Assembly (NCBI GenBank): GCA_963739455.1
Contig: CAVUAK010000001.1
Span: 1,248,001-1,312,000, forward strand
Length of the DNA stretch: 64,000 nucleotides
Reading direction: 5' to 3'
Source: an uncultured Gemmatimonadales bacterium
GTDB taxonomy: Bacteria; Gemmatimonadota; Gemmatimonadetes; Gemmatimonadales; GWC2-71-9
The translations under genes and the position numbers were made by a program. Under the pieces are notes generated by a model. It was given only the letters and a program-made list of their open reading frames with translations. It did not search any database and was not told where the DNA came from. This document shows, piece after piece, positions 54,597 through 64,000 of this stretch (within the stretch, counting starts at the first letter, position 1; the number at the start of each line of letters is the position of its first letter).

Positions 54597-56943
54597 GCCG
54601 CCTCAGCAACGACTGGAACCGCAGCTCCGACCGCAGCGGCTTCCAGATTGGATCCACATTCAGCCAGAACACCTGCTGGGAATTGGTGGCGTAAGCCTGT
54701 TCGAGGTAATCGAGTGCGCGCGCGCGGTCGCCGAGGCCGAGATTGACGAGTGCCATGTTGAACGGGGCCACTTCGCCGCGTGGCGACAGGCTCTTGAGTT
54801 CCCCGAGCGCGGCCATCGCACGGGCGCGGTCGCCGGCCATGCCATAGGCGTACGCCACATAGGCGGTGATGTACGGTGCCGCACCAAGAGCCCGCGCCCG
54901 CTCCAACTTGGCGATAGCCCCGGGATAGTCCTCCGCGTAGAGTGCAAATAACCCTTCCTGAAACACCGGGAAGTAGTACGCCGGGTCGAGTTCGGTCGCC
55001 CTCCGGGTGAGCTCCAGCGCCTGTGCTGTCTTTCCCGCGTACCCGTACACCCCGGCCGCATCGTCCAGGTTGGCCGGCGAGAGCGGATCCAGCGCGATGG
55101 CCCGCTGGCCCTCGGCGATCGCCTCGTCGAAGCGCCCGAGGCTCGCCAGCAACAGACCGAGCTGGTCGTGGGCAAAGCCATAACTCGGATTGAGGGCGAG
55201 TGCTCGCCGAAGGTCTCGCTCGCCCCCCTCCCAGTCGAACTCGAACCATGCCTTGTACACACCCAGCGAGGTGTGAGCTTCCGCTGACATGCTGTCGAGT
55301 TGCACCGCCCGTTCAGCCGCGGCCCTGGCGAGCGGCTTCGCATCGAGGACGCTGATGAAACCCTCGTTGAAGGCGGCCCAGGTATAGGCATCTGACAGCC
55401 CGGAATACGCCAGGGCCAAAGTCCGGACTCAGCCTGATGGCCTTGTTGAACTGCGCGATGGCCTTCTGCAGGTTCTCGTCGCTCGGCCGATTGAAGAAGA
55501 AGCGCCCCTTGAGGTAGGCGTCGTGGGCCGCGGGGTCCACGGTCGGCGCCGCCGAGAGGCGGGACTGCTCCCCCGGCGTCAGTTGCACGTTGATGGCACT
55601 GGCAATGGCCGACGCCAGCTCGGCCTGGAGCGCCAGCACGTCGCTCGACTGGCGCTCGAAGGTCTGGGCCCAGAGATGCTTGTCGGCCCGGGCATCGATG
55701 AGCTGGGCGGTGATCCGCACCCGGTCGCCCGACCGGTTCACCGATCCCTCGACGATGGCATCCACGTCGAGCAGCTTCGCGATCTCCGGCGTCGCCGGGC
55801 GATTCCTCCCCTTGAACTGCATGGCCGACCCGCGCGACGTGACCCGCAACTGGCTGATCATCGCGAGGTCGCTCGTCAGCTCGTCGGTCATTCCCTCGGC
55901 GAAATAGTCCTGGGTGGAGTCGGCGGAGTAGTTGTCGAGCGGCAGCACGGCAATCGAGCGAATGGTGCCCGCCGGCCCGGCCGCGGCCGGGGCGCCGCGC
56001 CGCCAGAGGAGGAACGCCGCGACGGCGAGGAGGAGCAGCCCGGCGGCCAGCGCCGGACCCTTCCATCGGGCACGAGCGGGCGGCGTCGACATGACCTGAG
56101 TATCGGCTGGTCCGCTCACGAGTGCGTCGGCGTACTCGCGCGCGGTGGCGAAGCGGTCCTCCGGCGCCTTGGCGAGTGCCCGCATCACGGCCGCATCGAC
56201 GGCCGCCGGAATGCCGTCGCGCAGCATGCGCAGCGACGTCGGACGTCTCGGTCATCAGCTTCGCGATGATGATCCGGGCCGATGCTCCCGTCACGGGCGG
56301 CTCGCCCGCGAGCATCTCGTACGTCACGGCGCCCAGGGCGTAGATGTCGCTCCGGGCATCGATGTGGCGCTCGCCCGCGGCCTGCTCCGGGCTCATGTAG
56401 CTCGGCGTACCGAGCGAAAGCCCGGTGCCGGTGAGGCGGTCGCCGCCGGCCTCGCTCACGGCCAGCGCGATGCCGAAGTCGGTGAGGAACGCCTCACCCT
56501 CGTGGAGCAGGATGTTCTCGGGCTTGATGTCGCGGTGGATCACGCCCTGGCGATGGGCGTAGTCCAGCGCCGAGGCGACCTGCTTCGTGATGTCGAGTGC
56601 GTCCTTGAGGCTCGAGCTGCCGTTCCCGCGTGATCCTGGCGCGCAGGGATTCGCCGCGCACGAAGGGCATGACGTAGAAGAGGGTGCCGTTGACGTCGCC
56701 CGAATCGATCAGGGTCAGGATGTGGGGATGGTCCAGCCGGGCGGTGATCTTCACTTCCGCGAGGAAGCGTTCGGCGCCCAGCGCGGCGGCGAGCTCGGGG
56801 CGGAGGACCTTGATGGCGACGTCGCGATCGTGCCGGAGGTCGCGGGCGAGGTAGACGGTGGCCATGCCGCCGGCGCCGAGTTCGCGCTCGATGCGGTAGC
56901 GTCCGGTCAGGGCCGCGGCGACGCGGTCGATGGCCTCGGTCAC
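54580..56943 (-). CDS. Ser/Thr protein kinase + TolB_N-like + TPR (about three indels)
   Basis: LGAGGMATVY, VAIK, HRDIKPEN, DFGIA, GTPSYMSPEQ; SIAVLPL..DYFAEGMTDE; TPRs. Confidence 0.9.
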
Positions 56944-57022
56944 TATTCCCACCTTCCGCTCGATTGAAGGGTCTGGAGCAGTCCGGTGGGAATAGTAAGG
57001 CCGCGGCACGTCGGGCTGGTTG

Positions 57023-57469
57023 CTAGCCCAGTGTCAGCGTCTCGTCGAGCACGCGCACGGCGTCGGTCCACCCGCCGCGATGTCCCTCCAGCGCCTTGGG
57101 AGTGAGGCCCTGGTGCGTCAGGACCAGCTCGGTGCCCGTGCCCGTCTCGAGAAACTCGATGGTGACGGTGGTCGGCTTGTGGTCCGTGCCCTTCGAGATC
57201 CAGGTGAACGCCAGCATCGAGGGTGGCTCGATGGCGAGGTACTCGCCCTGGTGGTCGAAGTCCTCTCCGTCGGGTCCGTGCATGAGGATGCGGAAGCTGC
57301 CGCCGACCCGGGGCTCGAGAGTGACGGTGGAATGGGAGACCTTTCCCGGGCGCATCCAGTGAGCCATGGCCTCGGAGTCGAGCCAGGCGTCGAAGACGTT
57401 CTGGCGCGGTACGGCGATGTGGCGGCGCACCACGAGTACCGGTGCGGCGACGCTGTCGATGGCGGTCAT
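57023..57469 (-). CDS. SRPBCC/AHSA1-domain protein
   Basis: VFDAWLD, RVGGSFRI, GEYLAIEPP..LAFTW, GW. Confidence 0.9.
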   Translation of the reverse strand: MTAIDSVAAPVLVVRRHIAVPRQNVFDAWLDSEAMAHWMRPGKVSHSTVTLEPRVGGSFRILMHGPDGEDFDHQGEYLAIEPPSMLAFTWISKGTDHKPTTVTIEFLETGTGTELVLTHQGLTPKALEGHRGGWTDAVRVLDETLTLG

Positions 57470-57784
57470 GAGTGGTTCTCCTTCTTGAGCAGGTGTTCTT
57501 CCAGTGCTGCCAGCCGTTCGTTCCAGAACCGGCGGTAGTGCTCCAGCCACGTCGGCGGCCTCGCCGAGCGGTTCGGCGTTGAGGCGGAGCCGGTGTTCCC
57601 GGCCGAGGATGGTGCGCTTCACCAGGCCGGCCCGCTCCAGGACCTTCACATGTTTTGAGACCCCGTTGAGCGAAATGGGGAACCGTTCCGCCAGGCTTCC
57701 CACGTTCGCCTCCCCCTCGGCGAGGATCCCCAGGATCTGCCGGCGGGTCGGATCTGCAATGGCATCATAGACTTGGTCCAGCAT
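57466..57784 (-). CDS. ArsR/SmtB-family regulator (indel near 57550)
   Basis: AIADPTRRQIL, VSKHVKVLERAGLV. Confidence 0.88.
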
Positions 57785-57815
57785 GGCCCTCTCCGGAATC
57801 TTCAGGGTATTGCGC

Positions 57816-57856
57816 TCAACCATCTGGTTGAATAATATAATCAACCGAACGGTAGA
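57816..57856. promoter_or_regulatory. Tandem ArsR-type operators in the divergent promoter
   Basis: TCAACC-ATCT-GGTTGA (57816-57831) and TCAACC-GAAC-GGTAGA (57841-57856). Confidence 0.75.
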
Positions 57857-57907
57857 ATGTTAGAGATGGGGAGTGCGAAAGCGCAACTCACAAAAGAGGA
57901 GGATGGT

Positions 57908-58628
57908 ATGGCAACGGAGATGAGCGCGGTCCAGGCCCCCGACGTGGTGTCCCATAAGGAGTGGGTCAGCCGGCGGGCGGCGTTCCTCAAGAAGGAGAAG
58001 GAGTTCACCCGGCTCCGGGACGAGCTGACGCGGGAGCGGAGTGAGCTGCCGTGGGAAGAGGTGACGAAGTCGTATGTGTTCGAGGGACCCATGGGCAAGA
58101 AGACGCTGGCCGAGCTGTTCGGGAACAAGAGGCAGCTGATCATCTACCACTTCATGTTCGACCCGTCGTGGGAGAACGGGTGCAAGAGCTGCTCGTTCGT
58201 GGCTGACAGCTTGGATGGCTCGACGGTGCACCTCGGTGCGCGGGATACGGCGTTCGCGGTGATCTCGCTGGCGCCGTTTCGAGAAGATCATGCGTTTCAA
58301 GCAGCGCATGGGGTGGAAGTTCCCCTGGCTGTCGTCGTTCGGCACGGAGTTCAACCACGACTTCCGGGTGACGACGGACGAGGTGCAGACGGAGTACAAC
58401 TACGCCGACGTCATGGCGCAGGAGGCTCGTCCATACAAGGGGGAGCGGGAAGGGCTGAGCGTGTTCGTGCGGGATGGTGAGCGGGTGTTCCACACCTACT
58501 CGACGTACCAGCGGGGGCTGGACCTGCTGCTGAACACGTACAACCTGCTGGACATGACGCCGAGCGGGCGGAATGAGGCAGCGGGGATCATGTCGTGGGT
58601 GAAGTACCACGACCAGTACGAGGGCTGA
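57908..58628 (+). CDS. DUF899 thioredoxin-like protein (indel near 58280)
   Basis: KEKEFTR, YHFMF, GCKSCS, MGWKFPWLSS, HTYSTY.RG, LDMTP.GRNE. Confidence 0.9.
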
Positions 58629-58639
58629 GGGGTGCCGGG

Positions 58640-59028
58640 GATGCAGCATCACGGCGGGCATCTGGGCGCTGTTGCGTGCCTTGGGATGTGCTTGGCGATG
58701 ATGGTGCCGATGATGCTGCCAGCCCTGGTGCCGATGCTGTTGCGGTATCGTCGGGGCCTTGCGCGAGGCGGGGGAGATGGGAAGCGTACGGGCTGACGGG
58801 GCTGGTGATGGCGGGCTACTTCGCGGTCTGGGCCGTGATTGGAGTGGGGGTGTGGGCGGGGGGGGGTCGGGTTGATGGCGGCGGACGAGAGGTGGGGAGG
58901 CGTGGGGGAGTGGAGGAAAGTTGGGGTGGGGGTGGTGCTGGCGGGTGTGGTGCAACTCAGTAAGTGGAAGGCGAGCTGCGCCCAACTGGGTCAGGAGGTT
59001 GCGCAGGGTGGCCATGTCTGCGGGCGAT
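58640..59028 (+). pseudogene. Degenerate, truncated DUF2182-like membrane protein remnant
   Basis: Fragments AMMVPMMLP, GYFAVW, AGVVQLSKWKASC in different frames; usual neighbour of DUF899; no C-terminal half. Confidence 0.6.
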
Positions 59029-60502
59029 CTACTGGACCCGTAACGACCTGCCGAGGCCTCGCAATCGTTGCAGCAGGCGGACGGTGGCCCACGTATCTCG
59101 CTCGCAATAGTCTAGCAGATCTTGGCGCAGCTGACCCCGTTCCGCCACCGAGATCTTGTGCGCCACGAAGAGCAGGCGTGCGATCTCCACACTTGCAAGC
59201 AACCCGTCCACGATCACCAAGTCATTGTAGGTGAGGTCAGGGACCAGTGGTGTCAGGATGTACTTCAGGCTGAAACTGCCGCGAAAGTCGGGATGGTAAA
59301 TGTTGTTCCGCACCACGGGCAGCAGGTCCACCAGTTTCTCCAACAGCTCCTCGAGCGGCTCGGCAAGGTCAGGCACCAACGCCTGCAGCTCTCGGATCCG
59401 CGTCTTCTCATAGGCGGAATAGGTGACGATTCGCCGGGCACCCGCTGTTGCCGCTATCATTGCCTCGGCCAGTTCTCGGCGCGGATCATCGGGCCCTTCC
59501 GCCAGCCAGCCAACGTGGCGGTAAGTGCCATCGGGCAGCTCCTCGTGATAGCTGAACTGCGCAATGGCCGGCATCCAGGGAGACAGTCCCTCCCATACCG
59601 GAATGGCCCTTCCCACCGTTTCGAAGTCCAGAAACCCCAAGGGGCTCTCGAACAGCTCCAGCGCCTTTGCCAGACCCGGCTCCACCACCAGCTCTCCCGC
59701 CTTCAACGAGCGGATCTGTCTCTGCGCCGTCGCCGATAGTTTTGTGCCTAAGGGGATGTCCTGAATTCGGTGAATGCCACTCTGGAGATAGCTCGCGGTT
59801 GTCTTTGGCCCACACAGGTAGAGCGTCGAAATGTGTTCCGGGTCGTCGGGCCAGCAGCGATCGTGAAACGCGCAGTTTCGAGGTTCAAAGCAATGGAGCC
59901 CGATGGCCCGCTCAGGACGCGGACCGGCAATCATCTGCAGCTGCTGCGCGATAAGCCCAGGCACGAGTGGCAGGAAAGCGTCGACCAGGTCCGTCACATC
60001 CTCACGCACCAACAGGGGCCCGTGCTCGGGATGCCGGTAGTCCTTGTTGAGATGCATGATCTCGACGGTCTTGATCGCCAGCCCCGACTCACGGAGCACC
60101 CAGGTCTGGATGGCAGCGTCGGGGATGTGTTCTTCCTTGGTGGACGAGGAGGACTTGACCTCGATCAGGGTGTAACCACCCTCAATGCGCATCAGCACAT
60201 CAACTGCGACGAAGACGTCCCCCGCGAGAAAGCTGGCCTCGAAGATTGTCGGCGCGCCGGCATAAAGCGCTGCCTGCGTGGCAGCAACGCGCTCCTGAAC
60301 AGCGGTGTGCGGCAGGTCGATCAGCACACCACCGGGGAACTGCCTGCCTGGCGAGCCGGCCAACCTCCTCTCCCTGGTCGAATCGGTCCTGTAGCACCCT
60401 GTCGGGTTGCAGCTCGGGGGCACTTGGCTCGTGGACCTTCCACCAGAGCAGCTTGGGACACTGCCATCCGGCCACGAAGCGGGACTTCGAAAGGCGATTC
60501 AT
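59029..60502 (-). CDS. DUF2779-domain protein: Cas4-like PD-(D/E)xK nuclease + DEDD/RNase H-like domain (indel near 60345)
   Basis: LSKSRF...QCPK, DVL..LIEVKSS, CFEPRNCAFHDRC, FLDFET, SFSLK, YCERDT. Confidence 0.82.
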
Positions 60503-60555
60503 GAGCCTCGAATATGCTCGATCGATGTGACATTGGGATAGTCAGAAGAGGTCCG

Positions 60556-60571
60556 TAGGACGATCGTCCTA
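60556..60571. promoter_or_regulatory. Perfect 16-bp palindrome between divergent nuclease genes
   Basis: TAGGACGATCGTCCTA. Confidence 0.6.
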
Positions 60572-60644
60572 TATATGGGTGCGGGCCAGGTCCATTGTCG
60601 CACCGCCTAAGTAGACTTCGCGGTCCCCTTCCTCACGGTTCCGA

Positions 60645-63600
60645 TTGCCGACGAATCCCGGACTCTACGACCTCATCGTCACCGAGGCGCTCGCCGAATC
60701 CCTCCGCGGCGTCGCCGATCATCGCCGCCAGGAGCAACCCCTCGGTGCTGAGGAAGCCGCTTCTCGCCTCGCCGACGCGTTGGGAATTCAACTGGAGCGG
60801 TTGCTCGGGGAACTGAGCGAGGAGGAAGGCGAGGGGACCCGGAAACAACTCGACCTCGTGAATGGCCTTCTCGCGCATCTGAGAGGCCTGCGAGAATCAG
60901 ACCCAGCGATTGACCTCCTTTCCGAGCCGGCCCGGGTCCTTCGAGCCATTCACCCGGTCGGCGTGGATGCGCTCCTCGCCCCGGAAACCGGGCTTGCCGC
61001 ACCCTGGCTTTTCACCGCCGGGCGAGGCTCCCCATCACTCCTGACCGAGCTTCGGCGCGAGGCTGCCGCCTGCGATCAGATCGATATCCTCGTCAGCTTC
61101 ATCACCCTCTCGGGCGTTCGGAAGCTCATCGATGTGCTGCAGACTGCCACCGCGGCCAACGCGGAGGGCATTGGCCGCACCCGTATCCGAGTTCTAACCA
61201 CCACGTACACGGGGGCAACTGAGCTCGAAGCTCTCGACGCCCTGGCTCGCTTGAACGGGTGCACGATCAAGATCTCGCTGGATGGGCGCCGCACTCGGCT
61301 CCACGCCAAGGCCTGGATCTTCAAGCGCGATACCGGCTTTGGATCAGCATATGTCGGCAGCGCCAACCTGTCTGGAGCGGCTCTCATGGGTGGGCTTGAG
61401 TGGACGGTCAAGTTCACTCAGCGCGGCCAAACCTCCCTCTTCGATCGGGCTCAAGCGCATTTCGACACTCTTTGGCTCGATCCGGAGTTCACCCAGTTTG
61501 ATCCCGACAGTCCCGAGTGTCGGGCTGCCGTGAAGGACGCGCTTCGGCGCGAGGGCGGGGAAGGAGAGCTGGGTACGCTGTCGTTCTTTGACATCGTTCC
61601 CAAGCCGTATCAGCAGGACATGTTGGATCAGCTAGAGCACGAGCGCGCCGCGGGGAGAAATCGGAGCCTATTGGTCGCTGCAACTGGGACGGGCAAGACG
61701 GTTATCGCGGCCCTGGACTACCGGAACACCTGCGCGAAGCTGGGTCACCGCCCACGGCTTCTCTTCGTGGCGCATCGGGCTCAGATCCTGAGACAGGCGC
61801 TTCGTACCTATCGGGAAGCGTTGAAGGACAACTCGTTTGGAGAGCTACTGACCGGCGGGCTTAAGCCCACCCAACACGAGTACCTGTTTGCGTCAATCGA
61901 TAGTCTCGCATCCCGAGACCTAGTGAGTCGATTTGGCCCCGGTTACTGGCACACTGTCGTCATCGATGAGTGCCACCGGATGGCGGCAGACCGCCTCGAC
62001 CGGCTCGCCACCCAGATACAGCCTAAGATCCTTCTCGGCCTGACCGCGACCCCTGAGCGGACCGACGGGCAGTCCATCCTCAAGTACTTCAGCCCTCGTC
62101 CAGACAACGCGCCGGCGGTCGAACTGCGCCTTTGGGATGCGCTCGACATGCAGCTCCTGGCTCCGTTCGAGTACTACGCCTGTGACGACGATACCGACTT
62201 TTCAGAGGTGCCCTGGAACCGGGCGGGTGAGACAGCCGCGATCGAGCAGCTCGTCACCGGGAATGACGTCCGGGCCAGGCTGGTGATCAATGAATGGCGC
62301 CGCCTCGCCGGGGACCCACGTCGGCGCCGAGCCATCGTATTCTGCGTATCGGTGGCCCACGCGGAGTTCATGACCAAGAAGTTCAATGAGGCTGGTATTC
62401 CCGCGCTCTGCATCACGGGAAGCACGCCGAAGATGGAGCAGCTTCGCGCACCTCGCGTGCTCAGAGATAAGGACGTGTGCGCCCTCGTTACGGTCGATCT
62501 GTACAATGAGGGGGTCGACCTCCCCGATGTTGATACGCTCCTACTCCTCCGACCAACCGAGAGCCCCGTTCTGTTCCAGCAGCAAATCGGTCGAGGCCTT
62601 AGGCTGGCGCCGGGGAAGGAGTCCTGCCTAGTGCTCGACTTCGTGGGCCAGCATCGAGCGGACTTTCGATTCGACAAGCTCTTAGGTGTGATCACTGGCC
62701 TTACCCGGAGCGAGCTGATCACCGCGGTGGACGAGGGATTCGGTATGCTGCCACCCGGGTGCCATATCCAGCTGCAGCGCCAGACGCGTGAGCAGGTCCT
62801 CCATAGCTTACGGGCGCTGGTCAACCAGAGCTGGAAGCGGCTCACTTCGGAACTACGGAGCTATGCCACCCTGAAAGGGTCAAAGGACGTCTCACTGGCC
62901 GCCTTTGTGAGCGAGCAGCGGCTGAGCATTGACGAGATCTACCGATCATCGTCCACGGCTCCAAGGGGGTGGACCACACTCAAGAGAGCAGCGGAACTAT
63001 TGCCGGGAGCGGCACCCGAGGGGGAAGCGAACTTTTCGCGCCGGTTCGGGGCCCTGCTCCACGCGGATGACCCAGAGTACTTAGGTCTTATCCAACGGTT
63101 GGCGGCCGCGCCGGGCACCTGGAAGCCGGCATCCGAGACCGATGCCCGGCGGGCCCAAATGCTCACCTACCAGGTCGATAGCAGCCTCAAGCCGATGAAC
63201 TGGTCGGAGATGGCTCAGCGGCTGGCGTTCCTGCCCGAATGCGCCGCGGAGCTACAAGAGCTGGCGACCATACTCTCCACGCAATCGCGGTTGGACCCGC
63301 GCCCAATCCTGGGGCTGGAGGATGTCCCCTTGGCGCTTCATGGCGCTTATCGCATCCGTGAGATCCTGACCGCCGTCGGTTTCCTGACCGTGGAGCGGCG
63401 GACGCCATTTAAGGCGGGTGTACTGCCGCTGCCTGCGCGCAAATGCGAGCTGCTATTGGTGACGCTCGACAAGTCGGATGGCTACCATGATCGAATTGCG
63501 TACCACGACTACGCCTTGAGCTCCAGCCTCTTCCATTGGCAGACCCAGAACGCTTCCGGTCCAGATACGCCTGCGGGGAAGAGGTACATCGGCAGCGGGC

Positions 63601-63791
63601 AGAATGGCTGGAGCTTTCAGCTCTTTGTTCGCACGACGAAGGATCAGCCCTATCGGGCCTGCGGCCCCGTGGTGCTGGCCGGTCCGGACGCCATTTCCGG
63701 CGACCGGCCCATGAACATCAACTGGGCGCTCACGGTCCCGTTGCCGCCGAAGCTTTTTGCGGAGTACAGTGTGCTCCGGAGCCAGGCCTAG
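60645..63791 (+). CDS. PLD nuclease + SF2 helicase + DUF3427 (SauUSI-like type IV restriction enzyme)
   Basis: LHAKAWIF..GSANLS; ATGTGKT, DECH, GLTATPER, QQIGRGLR; Y.DYA.S..LFHWQTQN; TTG start. Confidence 0.88.
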   Translation: MPTNPGLYDLIVTEALAESLRGVADHRRQEQPLGAEEAASRLADALGIQLERLLGELSEEEGEGTRKQLDLVNGLLAHLRGLRESDPAIDLLSEPARVLRAIHPVGVDALLAPETGLAAPWLFTAGRGSPSLLTELRREAAACDQIDILVSFITLSGVRKLIDVLQTATAANAEGIGRTRIRVLTTTYTGATELEALDALARLNGCTIKISLDGRRTRLHAKAWIFKRDTGFGSAYVGSANLSGAALMGGLEWTVKFTQRGQTSLFDRAQAHFDTLWLDPEFTQFDPDSPECRAAVKDALRREGGEGELGTLSFFDIVPKPYQQDMLDQLEHERAAGRNRSLLVAATGTGKTVIAALDYRNTCAKLGHRPRLLFVAHRAQILRQALRTYREALKDNSFGELLTGGLKPTQHEYLFASIDSLASRDLVSRFGPGYWHTVVIDECHRMAADRLDRLATQIQPKILLGLTATPERTDGQSILKYFSPRPDNAPAVELRLWDALDMQLLAPFEYYACDDDTDFSEVPWNRAGETAAIEQLVTGNDVRARLVINEWRRLAGDPRRRRAIVFCVSVAHAEFMTKKFNEAGIPALCITGSTPKMEQLRAPRVLRDKDVCALVTVDLYNEGVDLPDVDTLLLLRPTESPVLFQQQIGRGLRLAPGKESCLVLDFVGQHRADFRFDKLLGVITGLTRSELITAVDEGFGMLPPGCHIQLQRQTREQVLHSLRALVNQSWKRLTSELRSYATLKGSKDVSLAAFVSEQRLSIDEIYRSSSTAPRGWTTLKRAAELLPGAAPEGEANFSRRFGALLHADDPEYLGLIQRLAAAPGTWKPASETDARRAQMLTYQVDSSLKPMNWSEMAQRLAFLPECAAELQELATILSTQSRLDPRPILGLEDVPLALHGAYRIREILTAVGFLTVERRTPFKAGVLPLPARKCELLLVTLDKSDGYHDRIAYHDYALSSSLFHWQTQNASGPDTPAGKRYIGSGQNGWSFQLFVRTTKDQPYRACGPVVLAGPDAISGDRPMNINWALTVPLPPKLFAEYSVLRSQA

Positions 63792-63824
63792 TGCTCGTAT
63801 GCCTTCCGGCGGAGCATGCTCGCC

Positions 63825-64000
63825 ATGGCTGAGCCAGTGATAAGAGTCATTGCGGCGGTTATCCAGCGAGGAGATCGCTTCCTGGTCTGTCGGCGGCCAC
63901 TGCACAAGCGGCACGGGGGGCTGTGGGAGTTTCCAGGAGGGAAGGTCGAAGAGGGAGAAACCGACCGCCAGGCAATTGAGCGTGAGCTCCGAGAGGAGCT
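63825..64000 (+). CDS. MutT-like NUDIX hydrolase (partial)
   Basis: My translation: MAEPVIRVIAAVI...GGLWEFPGGKVEEGETDRQAIERELREE (Nudix box). Confidence 0.9.
   Translation, partial: MAEPVIRVIAAVIQRGDRFLVCRRPLHKRHGGLWEFPGGKVEEGETDRQAIERELREE

Noticed and set aside
57023..57844. Apparent ArsR-SRPBCC fusion
   Set aside because: Indel near 57550; a separate ATGA overlap exists at 57466-57469.

Overview
High-GC bacterial chromosomal segment, most likely Gemmatimonadota (inferred from the 'RYRIERELGAGGMATVYLA...ELAAALGAERF' Ser/Thr kinase-TPR family and general gene content). About 60 genes and two tRNAs (Ala-CGC, Gln-CTG). Roughly 20 genes, including nadE and prfC, carry small indels that are best explained as long-read assembly errors, so several ORF-track entries are split or falsely fused. 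Main blocks: a metal-uptake locus (HmuY-like lipoprotein, DtxR/MntR regulator, mntH with an operator, outer-membrane barrel); housekeeping genes (pgi/pmi, crcB, nadE, mutY, mlaEFD, rnz, photolyase, prfC); a Ddl-like ATP-grasp ligase coupled to a multi-zinc-ribbon zincin peptidase; a glycoside 3-dehydrogenase-type sugar cluster; two sulfatases; two TA pairs; a TetR/SDR islet bounded by a duplicated tRNA-Gln 3' end; and a probable defence island at the right end (Cas4-like/DUF2779, SauUSI-like PLD-helicase-DUF3427, NUDIX). The best candidates for something undescribed are the ligase/peptidase pair, a ~120-nt structured intergenic element with compensatory base changes, and the defence island. 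All family assignments come from motif recognition by eye; no searches were run.
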